This document shows, piece by piece, positions 54,773-64,000 of a DNA stretch of 64,000 nucleotides. The DNA is from Paludibacteraceae bacterium (GTDB taxonomy: Bacteria > Bacteroidota > Bacteroidia > Bacteroidales > Paludibacteraceae): contig JAEEMG010000062.1 in the NCBI GenBank assembly GCA_016283095.1, positions 4,694 through 68,693 of the forward strand. Reading direction: 5' to 3'. Position numbers and translations under genes: made by a program. The notes beneath the pieces are model-generated. The model was not told where the DNA came from, did not search any database, and was given only the letters and a program-made list of their open reading frames with translations. Each line of letters begins with the position of its first letter. Within the stretch, counting starts at the first letter, position 1.

Positions 54773-56809
54773 ATGACGAACACTAAGTCAACACCTACTG
54801 AACTTGGTACTGAACCGATACCTCAGTTACTGTTCAAATATGCTGTGCCAGCCATCATATCGATGGTTGTGGCATCTTTATACAATATCATCGACTCCAT
54901 TTTCATCGGTCATATTCCGAACGATGGACCTCGCTGTATCACGGCATTGGCTATCGCATTCCCGTTGATGAACCTGTCTGCGGCGTTTGGCTCGCTTGTG
55001 GGAGCAGGAGGATCGACGCTGGTGTCTATCAAACTTGGTCAGAAAGATTATCCGTCGGCAAACAAAGTGCTTGGAAATGTGACGACACTGAATGTCATTA
55101 TCGGTATCGTCATAATGGTGTTAGGTCTGTTTTTCTTGGATGAGATTTTGGTTTTGTTCGGAGCCAGTGACGAGACAATCGCTCCAGCGCGTGATTTTAT
55201 GACGGTTCTGTTGATTGGAAACGTCTTGACTCACCTGTTCTTTGGCCTCAACCATGTGATGCGAAGCAGTGGTAATCCAAGAAAAGCGATGCTCACCACT
55301 ATTCTCACTGTGGTGCTCAACATTATTCTTGCCCCATTGTTCATTTATCAGTTTGAATGGGGAATAAAGGGAGCCGCGCTCGCTACAATCACCGCACAGA
55401 CAATTTCATTGATTGTGATCTGTCATCATTTCTACAGTGGCAAGGACGTCTTGACATTCTCAATCCCGGATTTCAAATTACAGAAGCATATTGTGAAGAA
55501 TATCTTCGCAATCGGAATTGCACCGTTCACACTTAATGCATGTGCGTGTCTTGTGACTATGATGCTCAACAATACACTCTACAAGTATGGAGGAGACAAT
55601 GCCATTGGAGCGTATGGTATCTGCAACCGTGTGATTTTGGTGGCGGCTCAGGTGGTGTTCGGATTCAATCAGGCTATGCAGCCGATTGCCGGATATAATT
55701 TTGGAGCGCAATTGGTTGACCGTGTGGATAAAGTGTTGAAGATGACGGTGCTGTGCGCCACTTGTGTCATGGTGTTCATGTGGGTGTCGTGTGAAGTTTT
55801 TGCCGACAATATTGTATCCATCTTTGTGAATCAGGAAGAGAGCAACGCTCAGGCATTGATAGAAGCGGCTTCGCATGGATTGCGTATCGTAGTGATGATG
55901 ATGCCGATTGTGGGATTCCAGATGGTGGTTGCTAACTTTTTCCAGAGTATCGGACGAGCTCCAGTATCATTGTTTATGAGCTCAGTACGTCAGCTACTCT
56001 ATCTTATCCCACTTGTATGGCTGTTGCCACAGAAGTTTGGACTTGATGGAGTTTGGTTTGCAATGCCTGTATCCGACACACTTTCTGCGATTACAGCTGC
56101 GATTGTATTGAAACTGCAGTATAAGAAATCGTTGATGTTGCCAAGCAAGGAACCGAAAGTTGCGGATGTGGAGAAGAATACAGATGACAATCATGTGGTG
56201 ATCAGCATCGGACGACAGTTTGGAGCTGGAGGAAGATATATCGGAAAACTTATAGCCAACCATTACGGCATCAAGTATTATGATAGTGAATTGCTGGTAG
56301 AGGCCGCTAAGGATATGGGTTTTGCACCTGAGATATTTGCAAAAGCGGATGAAGTACCGTCGATGCAAAACACATTGGATAGATTGGCTGACTTATCGTC
56401 GCCAAACACAAGCGAGTCTGTGCTTTCCGGAGCCAACCTATTCAAAGCACAGAGCGAGACAATGCAAAGAATCGCAAACACAGAGAGTTGTGTGATTGTG
56501 GGAAGAGCATCCGACTATGTGCTAAGAGAGAGAAAAGATGTGGTGACATTTTTCTTGAGTGCACCGATGGAGTTCCGTGCGGAAAACATTGCGTCGCGAC
56601 ACAATATCGACATCAAGAAAGCCAAAAAATTGGTAGAGGAACGAGAGACCGCTCGAAAAGAGTATTACGATTATTATACGGGAAAAGAGTGGGGAGATTC
56701 CAAAGGATACGACCTCTGTGTCGATGTGTCGAAATTGGGGTTTGAGAAGACTGCGGAAATGATGATTGCCTTTATCGACTCCGTTTTTAGCAAAAAAGCG
56801 GAAAAATAG
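54773..56809 (+). CDS. MATE family efflux transporter fused to a cytidylate-kinase-like (Cytidylate_kin2) domain
   Basis: 12-TM MATE body (residues approx. 1-450). Then VISIGRQFGAGGRYIGKLIANHYGIKYYDSELL..., the P-loop-like start of the cytidylate kinase-like family, in the same frame. TAatTTTG box at 54744-54751 supports the ATG at 54773. Confidence 0.8.
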   Translation: MTNTKSTPTELGTEPIPQLLFKYAVPAIISMVVASLYNIIDSIFIGHIPNDGPRCITALAIAFPLMNLSAAFGSLVGAGGSTLVSIKLGQKDYPSANKVLGNVTTLNVIIGIVIMVLGLFFLDEILVLFGASDETIAPARDFMTVLLIGNVLTHLFFGLNHVMRSSGNPRKAMLTTILTVVLNIILAPLFIYQFEWGIKGAALATITAQTISLIVICHHFYSGKDVLTFSIPDFKLQKHIVKNIFAIGIAPFTLNACACLVTMMLNNTLYKYGGDNAIGAYGICNRVILVAAQVVFGFNQAMQPIAGYNFGAQLVDRVDKVLKMTVLCATCVMVFMWVSCEVFADNIVSIFVNQEESNAQALIEAASHGLRIVVMMMPIVGFQMVVANFFQSIGRAPVSLFMSSVRQLLYLIPLVWLLPQKFGLDGVWFAMPVSDTLSAITAAIVLKLQYKKSLMLPSKEPKVADVEKNTDDNHVVISIGRQFGAGGRYIGKLIANHYGIKYYDSELLVEAAKDMGFAPEIFAKADEVPSMQNTLDRLADLSSPNTSESVLSGANLFKAQSETMQRIANTESCVIVGRASDYVLRERKDVVTFFLSAPMEFRAENIASRHNIDIKKAKKLVEERETARKEYYDYYTGKEWGDSKGYDLCVDVSKLGFEKTAEMMIAFIDSVFSKKAEK

Positions 56810-56858
56810 GATAGATTTATCATTCTAATATTTATATTTGTAGCTCAACGCAATATAG

Positions 56859-57419
56859 ATGATTACGAAGGACGATATAATTGAAGTTGGATATGTAAGT
56901 AAAACGCATGGTTTGTCGGGCAATCTTGAGGTTGTGATTACTGTTGATTGGCTTGACGAGTTGGGCGTGGATTTTATATTTATCGATATAGACGGATGTT
57001 ATATTCCGTTCCGTATTGCAGAAGAGAGGACAAAGAACAGTGGACGACTTCTAAAGCTTGACAATATCGACACCAAAGAAGAAGCGGAACGCCTGATCGG
57101 AGCGACGGTATACCTTTCTGCAGAAGATGTAGATGAGGATACGTTGGCAGAGGCGGAGGGTGTTGATTATGAAGGTTACACAATCTACGATGCAAGTGGA
57201 GAAAAAGTAGGAGTCATCGATTATGTCGATTATGACACAGAAAATGTCTTGTTCTGCCTTGACACAACCGATTCTGCAGGATTCCAGATTATGATTCCGG
57301 CGGTTGACGATTTCATTGTAGAGATAGACGATGACAAGCAAACCATAGTTATGGATATTCCGGATGGACTGCTGGAATTGAATACGGGCGGTGCTTGCGT
57401 TGAAGACGAAGATGATTAA
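56859..57419 (+). CDS. rimM: Ribosome maturation factor RimM
   Basis: N-terminal VGYVSKTHGLSGNLEV motif and C-terminal PRC-barrel region; acidic tail. Confidence 0.85.
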   Translation: MITKDDIIEVGYVSKTHGLSGNLEVVITVDWLDELGVDFIFIDIDGCYIPFRIAEERTKNSGRLLKLDNIDTKEEAERLIGATVYLSAEDVDEDTLAEAEGVDYEGYTIYDASGEKVGVIDYVDYDTENVLFCLDTTDSAGFQIMIPAVDDFIVEIDDDKQTIVMDIPDGLLELNTGGACVEDEDD

Positions 57420-57441
57420 AACCTTAATAATGGTTTTGAGT

Positions 57442-58503
57442 ATGCGTATAGTTAACAATATAAAGACGCTTTATGCGATGATAGTTATGCTTGGAGCTGT
57501 AGGGTGCGCCCCACAGACTGAGTTTGAAGTGGCTACATGGCACGGATTCAAGCAGTGCGCTATATCATATACCATGGAAGACAGCTACGACAATCAGTTC
57601 ACGACGGCTCTGCCTATATTCTACGAACACGATTATCCATGCACGTTCTTTGTGACTACACGTTGGTGTGACCGGACAAAGTGGGATGCTTTGCGTGTCG
57701 CAACGACAGAGAGAGGATGTGAGGTAGGTAGCCATACCGTAGACCATGCGGTGTATGACACATTGTCGAAGGAGCGTCAGAAGCAAGACATACTTGATGC
57801 GAATGCAAGAATCAATGTCAAGTTGCCGATGTATAAGTGTAACACATTTGCTTATACCGACTGTGTCGTGGGAGACACAAGCATCATAAGCAAACATTAT
57901 TTTGCGGCTCGAGGATGTCATGGATATGTGGAGCGTGCGACTCCAAATGATTATTTGAATATAAGTTCTATAATGTGCGGCTCAAATGAAGCTGTGAGAA
58001 CTCTTGATGATTTCATATATGCATTCAACACTGCAAGAAGCAGTGGCGGATGGTGTATCTTCTCTTTATATGATCTTGACGACGGAAAAGGCTATTCCCC
58101 ATTGTCATCAACAGTGTTGAGCGAAAGTCTTGACTACTTGAAACAGCAGGAAAAGTCGAACTCGTTCTGGGTCACTACATTCAAGAATGCGGCAAAGTAT
58201 TCAAAGGAGAGAGATAGAGCGAAAATTGAATTCCCAAAAGAAGAGATAAAAAAAGATGGTATGTCAAAAGTGAAGGATAATGACAGGCTTATTATCTCTT
58301 TGGAAGACGGTTTGGATGACGACATTTATGATTATCCTTTGACATTGAGGTGTCCGTTGCCATTTGGCTGGAAGGATGTTGAGGTGCTTCAGAATGAGGT
58401 GGTGATCAAATCGGAAATCAAGACTATCAATGGCTGTAAATATATCATCTTTGACGCTGTGCCAAACGGAAATAAAAAGATATATCTAATAAATTTAGGG
58501 TAA
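57442..58503 (+). CDS. Polysaccharide deacetylase (NodB/CE4-like) family lipoprotein
   Basis: Lipobox MIVMLGAVGC. NodB-like motifs (ISYTMEDS in place of TFDDG, GCEVGSHTVDH). Alternative starts at 57391/57412 overlap rimM. Confidence 0.7.
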   Translation: MRIVNNIKTLYAMIVMLGAVGCAPQTEFEVATWHGFKQCAISYTMEDSYDNQFTTALPIFYEHDYPCTFFVTTRWCDRTKWDALRVATTERGCEVGSHTVDHAVYDTLSKERQKQDILDANARINVKLPMYKCNTFAYTDCVVGDTSIISKHYFAARGCHGYVERATPNDYLNISSIMCGSNEAVRTLDDFIYAFNTARSSGGWCIFSLYDLDDGKGYSPLSSTVLSESLDYLKQQEKSNSFWVTTFKNAAKYSKERDRAKIEFPKEEIKKDGMSKVKDNDRLIISLEDGLDDDIYDYPLTLRCPLPFGWKDVEVLQNEVVIKSEIKTINGCKYIIFDAVPNGNKKIYLINLG

Positions 58504-58937
58504 TGATTGATGTGGAGGAAAAAGCACAGTTGGCCTGCAGATTGAAGGCAGAAGGTTATAATTGTGCACAAGCGGTATTTGCAGCGTTTGCAGAAGATTA
58601 CGGTATCGATAAAGCTACGGCAGTTCGCATCACAGCTGGATTAGGTGGTGGTGTCGCAAAAATGAAAGATGTGTGTGGAGCATACTTAGGCGCGGCTATG
58701 TTGTCGGGATTGGAGGAAGGCAGCGTCGATCCTAGTGATATGGCAGGAAAGGAGCATGCATACAAGGTGGCTCAGGAACTTGCCATGCGTTTCAAGGAAC
58801 AGAATGGAAGCACTGTTTGTGCAGAACTTCGTGGTGTGAAGCCAAATCCTGATGTGAAGGAGATAATCCCTTGTGCAGTGCTTGTCGAGCGTGCTGCACG
58901 TATCTACGCAGAGTATTTAAATGCTAAAAAAGCATAA
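58503..58937 (+). CDS. C_GCAxxG_C_C family redox-active protein
   Basis: GYNCAQAVFAAF motif plus downstream conserved Cys residues (VCG, CAELRG, IPC). Confidence 0.8.
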   Translation: MIDVEEKAQLACRLKAEGYNCAQAVFAAFAEDYGIDKATAVRITAGLGGGVAKMKDVCGAYLGAAMLSGLEEGSVDPSDMAGKEHAYKVAQELAMRFKEQNGSTVCAELRGVKPNPDVKEIIPCAVLVERAARIYAEYLNAKKA

Positions 58938-58985
58938 AAAATCATTGTTGTTTAGAAAAAGAACGATTTATAAGCAAATAAAGTG

Positions 58986-58993
58986 TATTTTTG
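58986..58993 (+). promoter_or_regulatory. Candidate -7 box (TAttTTTG) upstream of secA
   Basis: Exact TAnnTTTG match 55 nt upstream of the secA ATG. No clean -33 TTTG at the expected spacing. Confidence 0.3.
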
Positions 58994-59047
58994 CGTAGGT
59001 TTTCGGAAAGAAGACGTAATAGATAATATAAAAAACTAATATAATAT

Positions 59048-62000
59048 ATGGGATTCGGGAATTTTTTATCCAAGATATTTGGAAATAAAGCCCAAAGAGA
59101 TAGGGAGTTGATTCAGCCTTACATAAATAAGATTGAGCTGATATACCCTTCAATACAAGCGTTGTCGAATGATGAACTCCGTGACCGTACGGAAGAAATC
59201 AAACAGAAGATACAGGATTATGTATCTGCTGAGACTAAGGAAATCGCGGATTTGAAGTCGCAGATTGAGTCTCAGGAAATCGAGCAGAGAGAGAAAACTT
59301 ATGCCCAGATTGACAAATTATCTAAATTAAAGCTTGACAAATATGAGGAGGTGCTTACAGAAGTGCTTCCTGAAGTGTTTGCTATTGTAAAGGATACAGC
59401 ACGTCGTTTCACAGAACAGAAAGAGGTTGTTGTTAAGGCAAACGACCTTGACCGTGAGTTCGCAGAGAAATTCGATTTTGTTGATATTGATGGCGACAAG
59501 GCTGTTTACCACAACGAGTGGCAGGCAGGTGGTAACCCGACTGTTTGGAACATGATCCACTACAATGTACAGTTGTTCGGTGGTGTTGTGTTGCATCAGG
59601 GTAAGATCGCTGAGATGGCTACCGGTGAAGGTAAAACATTGGTGGGTACTTTGCCAATCTTCTTGAACGCATTGACTCATAATGGAGTCCATGTCATCAC
59701 AGTCAACGATTACTTGTCAAAACGTGACTCTGAGTGGATGGGACCTCTATATATGTTCCATGGTTTGACAGTTGACTGTATCGACAAGCATAAACCAAAC
59801 TCTGACGAACGTCGTAAGGCATATATGGCTGATATCACGTTCGGTACAAATAACGAATTCGGTTTCGACTACTTGCGTGATAATATGGCAGGTAGAGTTG
59901 AGGAACTTGTACAGCGTGAACATAATTACGCTATTGTCGATGAGGTCGACTCTGTACTTATCGATGATGCACGTACTCCATTGATTATCTCTGGTCCGAT
60001 GGACAGCTCAAAGAGCAACGAGCAGTTGTTCAATGAGTACAAACCACGTGTAGAGCACCTTGTCAACTTGCAGAAGGTGATGGCTACAAACTATTTGACA
60101 GAGGCTAAGAGATTGTTGAAGGAGAGCGACAAGAAAAGCCAGGAGGAAGGTGCTTTGGCATTGTTCCGCTCTTATAAGGCTTTGCCTAAGAACCAGCCAT
60201 TGATCAAGTTCTTGAGTGAGCCAGGAATCAAGCCTCTTTTGTTGAAGACAGAAGAAATATATATCGCAGAGAACAACAAGAGAATGCCAGAGGCTACAGA
60301 TCCTCTATACTTTGTGATAGATGAGCGTCACAATAGCATCGTTCTTACAGATAAGGGTGTTGATGCGTTGACTGGTGTCAGCGAGGACCCTACATTCTTC
60401 GTATTGCCAGATATCGGTAGCGAGATGGTTGATTTGGAAGCTATGAATCTTCCTGCTGCTGAATTGGCGGAGAAGAAGGAACAGCTTATTCAGAACTATG
60501 CAGTGAAGAGTGAGCGTATCCACACAATCAACCAGCTTTTGAAGGCATATACATTGTTCATCAAGGACGATCAGTATGTTGTTATTGATGGCAAGGTTAT
60601 GATCGTCGACGAGCAGACAGGCCGTATCATGGATGGACGTCGTTATTCCGACGGTTTGCATCAGGCTTTGGAGGCAAAAGAGGGTGTGCAGGTTGAGGCT
60701 GCTACTCAGACTTATGCGACTATTACATTGCAGAACTACTTCCGTATGTATCACAAACTTGCCGGAATGACAGGTACAGCGGAGACAGAGGCAGCTGAGT
60801 TCTGGAATATCTATAAGTTGGATGTTGTGGTTATCCCTACTAACCGTCCGATCGCAAGAATAGATATGAACGACCGTATCTATCGTACACAGCGTGAAAA
60901 ATATAATGCTGTTATCGAGGAGATCGTATCGTTGACAAATCAGGGACGTCCAGTGTTGGTGGGTACAACATCAGTCGAAATATCTGAGTTGTTGAGCAGA
61001 ATGTTGCGTATGCGTGGTATCCAGCATAACGTGTTGAATGCTAAACTTCACCAGAAGGAGGCTGAGATTGTAGCTGAGGCAGGAAAGAGCAAGACTGTGA
61101 CTATCGCTACAAACATGGCAGGTCGTGGTACCGATATCAAACTTTCTCAGGAGATAAAAGACGCTGGTGGTTTGGCTATCATCGGTACAGAGCGTCACGA
61201 GTCTCGTCGTGTTGACCGTCAGTTGCGTGGTCGTGCAGGACGTCAGGGAGACCCAGGTTCATCAGTGTTCTTCGTTTCATTGGAAGATAAGTTGATGCGT
61301 CTGTTCGGTTCTGAGAAGATCGCATACTTGATGGAGAAGATGGGTGTGAAAGACGGTGAGATGATCGAAAGCAACATGGTCACTAAGTCAATCGAGAGAG
61401 CCCAGAAGAAGGTAGAGGAGAACCATTTCGGTGTCCGTAAACGTTTGATCGAGTATGACGACGTGATGAATAATCAGCGTGAGGTGGTATACCGTCGTCG
61501 CCGCCAGACATTGCGTGGAGAGAGAATGGGTGTCAACCTTATGGATATGATCTATGGAGTGGCTCAAAGAATTGTCGGAGAGACAAAGGGAATGTTGAGC
61601 TATTCAGATTTCAAGAATGAGGTTGTCCGTCTTTTGTCTTTCGAAACAACAATTTCAGAAAACGATTACAATGCATTGAAGGATGTGGAGTTGATCCAGA
61701 AATTGTTTGAGGAGGCTATGGCTACATTCAAACGCCGTACAGAGATGATTGCTGATCAGGCTTATCCTGTATTGAAGAATATCTTCGACCAGCATCCAGA
61801 AGGTGGAATGGTAGGTGTTCCTATCACAGATGGACGCTATGTATATAGCATCGCAGTTGATTTGAAAGAGGCTGTTGATTGCCATTGTAAGAATGTGGTT
61901 AAGGAGTTTGAGCGTCGCACATTGCTTCACGCTATCGATTCAAAGTGGAAGGATCATTTGCGTGAGATGGACGATTTGAAGAACTCAGTTCAGAATGCAC

Positions 62001-62401
62001 ACTACGAGCAGAAGGATCCACTTGTAATCTACAAGATCGAGTCATACAATATGTTTGCGGCTATGCTTGATGATATGAACCAGGAGGCAGTCAACGTATT
62101 GATGCGCGGACAGATCCTGATGAGACAGGAGGATGATGCGGAGACTCAGGCACGTATCGCAGAAGAGGCTGCACGCCGTCAGGCTTTGGCTGAGGCTAAG
62201 GAGGCTGAAGAAAGAATGAAAGCGATGCAGATGAACAGAAGCGAAGACCTAGAGGAGGCTCCAGAAGAGCAGTCACCACTTCAGTTAGCGTCGCAGCAGA
62301 AGCAGATGCCAGCAAATGCAGGTGTGAAGGTCGGTAGAAACGATCCTTGTCCATGTGGAAGCGGCAAGAAGTACAAACAGTGCTGCGGAAAAAACATTTG
62401 A
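59048..62401 (+). CDS. secA: Preprotein translocase ATPase SecA
   Basis: Walker [14 protein letters not shown]-like [30 protein letters not shown]-terminal zinc finger [14 protein letters not shown]. Confidence 0.97.
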   Translation: MGFGNFLSKIFGNKAQRDRELIQPYINKIELIYPSIQALSNDELRDRTEEIKQKIQDYVSAETKEIADLKSQIESQEIEQREKTYAQIDKLSKLKLDKYEEVLTEVLPEVFAIVKDTARRFTEQKEVVVKANDLDREFAEKFDFVDIDGDKAVYHNEWQAGGNPTVWNMIHYNVQLFGGVVLHQGKIAEMATGEGKTLVGTLPIFLNALTHNGVHVITVNDYLSKRDSEWMGPLYMFHGLTVDCIDKHKPNSDERRKAYMADITFGTNNEFGFDYLRDNMAGRVEELVQREHNYAIVDEVDSVLIDDARTPLIISGPMDSSKSNEQLFNEYKPRVEHLVNLQKVMATNYLTEAKRLLKESDKKSQEEGALALFRSYKALPKNQPLIKFLSEPGIKPLLLKTEEIYIAENNKRMPEATDPLYFVIDERHNSIVLTDKGVDALTGVSEDPTFFVLPDIGSEMVDLEAMNLPAAELAEKKEQLIQNYAVKSERIHTINQLLKAYTLFIKDDQYVVIDGKVMIVDEQTGRIMDGRRYSDGLHQALEAKEGVQVEAATQTYATITLQNYFRMYHKLAGMTGTAETEAAEFWNIYKLDVVVIPTNRPIARIDMNDRIYRTQREKYNAVIEEIVSLTNQGRPVLVGTTSVEISELLSRMLRMRGIQHNVLNAKLHQKEAEIVAEAGKSKTVTIATNMAGRGTDIKLSQEIKDAGGLAIIGTERHESRRVDRQLRGRAGRQGDPGSSVFFVSLEDKLMRLFGSEKIAYLMEKMGVKDGEMIESNMVTKSIERAQKKVEENHFGVRKRLIEYDDVMNNQREVVYRRRRQTLRGERMGVNLMDMIYGVAQRIVGETKGMLSYSDFKNEVVRLLSFETTISENDYNALKDVELIQKLFEEAMATFKRRTEMIADQAYPVLKNIFDQHPEGGMVGVPITDGRYVYSIAVDLKEAVDCHCKNVVKEFERRTLLHAIDSKWKDHLREMDDLKNSVQNAHYEQKDPLVIYKIESYNMFAAMLDDMNQEAVNVLMRGQILMRQEDDAETQARIAEEAARRQALAEAKEAEERMKAMQMNRSEDLEEAPEEQSPLQLASQQKQMPANAGVKVGRNDPCPCGSGKKYKQCCGKNI

Positions 62402-62427
62402 TGATTTATTAAATCAAACAATAATTG

Positions 62428-62461
62428 AGGCGTGTTTTGCATCAGAACACGCCTCTTTTTC
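62428..62461 (+). terminator. Intrinsic terminator after secA
   Basis: gaggcgtgtt-ttgcatcag-aacacgcctc, a perfect 10-bp stem followed by TTTTT. Confidence 0.85.
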
Positions 62462-62478
62462 AATAAAAAAATAAAAAT

Positions 62479-63339
62479 ATGTTAGGATATATTACATGGA
62501 CCGTCAATCCGGTGGCGTTCACAATTCCAGGATTGGATATGGATGTGAGATGGTACGGAATGATGTGGGCATTCGGATTCTTGTTAGGTTATATTACAGA
62601 AAAGTATATATATAAACGTGAAGGTCTGCCAGATACCGCCATCGACGATTTCTTGACTTATATGGCGATATTCACTGTGGTCGGTGCACGTCTTGGCCAC
62701 TGCTTCTTCTATGATCCTGAATACTATTTCTCACATTTAGGAGAGGTGCTTTTGATCAACAAAGGAGGATTGTCGAGCCATGGTGGAGCGGTCGGAATCC
62801 TAATCGGAATGTATGTCTTCAGCAGACGTGTGGCAAAAAAAAGTTATTTGTGGGTGCTCGACCGTACTGTTATTGCTGTCGCAATCACAGGATGCTGTAT
62901 CCGATTCGGAAATCTTATGAACCATGAGATTTATGGTCATGCCACAGATGTGCCTTGGGCATTCCAATTCGTGACAAATCTTCATTCGTGGATGGCAGGC
63001 AAGGCTGAACCAATTTTCTCTGAGCCAAGTCACCCAACGCAGATTTATGAGATGCTTTACTGCATAGTGACATACTGCTTTACCATGTACTTGTATTGGA
63101 AGACTAATGCTCGCAAATACGAAGGTTTGATTTTCGCCGTCTTCTTGCAGGGAATCTTCCTGACTCGTTTCTTGCTCGAATTCATCAAGAACAACCAAGA
63201 GTCGTTTGAAGACGGAATGATGCTCAACATGGGTCAGCTGCTAAGTGTGCCTCTATTCGTCACAGGGTTCTTTTTGTTCTATAAAGCGTATAAGCAATAT
63301 AAAGAAGAGAAGGAATCTAGTCAGTTATCCGTAAGATAA
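62479..63339 (+). CDS. lgt: Prolipoprotein diacylglyceryl transferase
   Basis: Lgt motifs (VRWYGMMWAFGF, GARLGH, GLSSHGG, HPTQIYE) in a polytopic membrane protein. Confidence 0.9.
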   Translation: MLGYITWTVNPVAFTIPGLDMDVRWYGMMWAFGFLLGYITEKYIYKREGLPDTAIDDFLTYMAIFTVVGARLGHCFFYDPEYYFSHLGEVLLINKGGLSSHGGAVGILIGMYVFSRRVAKKSYLWVLDRTVIAVAITGCCIRFGNLMNHEIYGHATDVPWAFQFVTNLHSWMAGKAEPIFSEPSHPTQIYEMLYCIVTYCFTMYLYWKTNARKYEGLIFAVFLQGIFLTRFLLEFIKNNQESFEDGMMLNMGQLLSVPLFVTGFFLFYKAYKQYKEEKESSQLSVR

Positions 63340-63379
63340 TCGCTCACGGAACAGAAAAATCTAACATAAGAATAGAAAT

Positions 63380-64000
63380 ATGAAACATATAGGTGCACAT
63401 GTCTCAACATCGGGTGGAGTGGAGAACGCTCCTGTGAACGCCGCCGCAATTCAGGCGAATGCGTTTGCTTTGTTCACGAAAAACCAGCGTCAATGGTTTT
63501 CTGCCCCGTTGAGTGAGAAGTCGATAGCTTCTTTTAAGAAGAAGACGGAAGAAATTCACGTCGACCCAGCATATATTTTGCCTCATGACAGCTATTTGAT
63601 TAATCTCGGACATCCGGAGACGGAGGGGTTGGAGAAGTCGCGTGCCGCATTCTTGGATGAGATGCAACGTTGTGAGCAACTAGGCTTGACGCTTCTTAAT
63701 TTCCATCCCGGAAGCCATTTGAAGAAGATATCTGTGGATGACTGTCTGGCACGTATCGCAGAGTCGATCAATATCACTTTGTCCAAGACCTCTGGCGTAT
63801 GTGCTGTGATAGAGAATACGGCTGGTCAGGGCTCCAACGTCGGCAATAGATTTGAAGAGATTGCGAAAATCATCAGTATGGTCGACGATAAGAGCAGGGT
63901 GGGAGTCTGCATTGACACCTGCCATACGTTTGCTGCCGGCTATGATTTGCGTACAGCTGAGGCTTGTGAGTCGACATTCGCGGAGCTAGACAAAGTTGTA
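63380..64000 (+). CDS. nfo: Endonuclease IV (Nfo), 5' portion; runs off the window
   Basis: The ATG at 63380 opens [39 protein letters not shown]...[11 protein letters not shown]...NFHPGSH, a clear endonuclease IV pattern. Not in the ORF track because no stop lies inside the window. Confidence 0.88.
   Translation, partial: MKHIGAHVSTSGGVENAPVNAAAIQANAFALFTKNQRQWFSAPLSEKSIASFKKKTEEIHVDPAYILPHDSYLINLGHPETEGLEKSRAAFLDEMQRCEQLGLTLLNFHPGSHLKKISVDDCLARIAESINITLSKTSGVCAVIENTAGQGSNVGNRFEEIAKIISMVDDKSRVGVCIDTCHTFAAGYDLRTAEACESTFAELDKVV

Overview
Bacteroidales-type chromosomal segment, judged from TTTG/TAnnTTTG promoter boxes, a hybrid two-component regulator, a T9SS C-terminal sorting domain and lipobox lipoproteins. 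(1) 1-15.3 kb holds a complete dcw cell-division/cell-wall cluster: rsmH 3' end, ftsL-like, ftsI, murE, mraY, murD, ftsW, murG, murC, ftsQ, ftsA, ftsZ. It ends unusually with a second, translationally coupled ftsZ paralogue. (2) 15.4-36 kb is mostly housekeeping: YqeY, HAD phosphatase, HTCS regulator, LytM-like protein, dxr, rseP, era, der, comM and a three-gene phospholipid operon. It is interrupted by small A/T-rich accessory islets: dinD plus unknown ORFs, an amber-interrupted ORF6N gene, a RelB/YafQ toxin-antitoxin pair, and a CPBP protease. (3) 36.1-48.1 kb is a visibly A/T-rich island. It opens with an Rpn-family PD-(D/E)XK nuclease gene, followed by a promoter and a roughly 300-nt structured, terminator-ending leader RNA. 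A tightly packed seven-gene operon follows: vWA-like lipoprotein, 4-TM protein, tubulin/FtsZ-superfamily GTPase, 1129-aa actin/Hsp70-fold ATPase, degenerate actin/Hsp70-fold protein with periodic TPR/coiled-coil repeats, TerD-like protein, and a membrane-anchored CW_7-like peptidoglycan-binding protein. A perfect 17-bp hairpin closes it. I do not recognise this combination as any named system, and it is my main candidate for a novel system. (4) 48.5-64 kb carries a P-type Ca2+-ATPase, a T9SS-secreted GH43-like multidomain glycosidase, a MATE/cytidylate-kinase-like fusion, rimM, a polysaccharide deacetylase, a C_GCAxxG_C_C protein, secA, lgt and the 5' part of nfo. No rRNA, tRNA, CRISPR array or intact transposase was seen. 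All calls rest on reading motifs in the supplied translations and the DNA; no database search was run.
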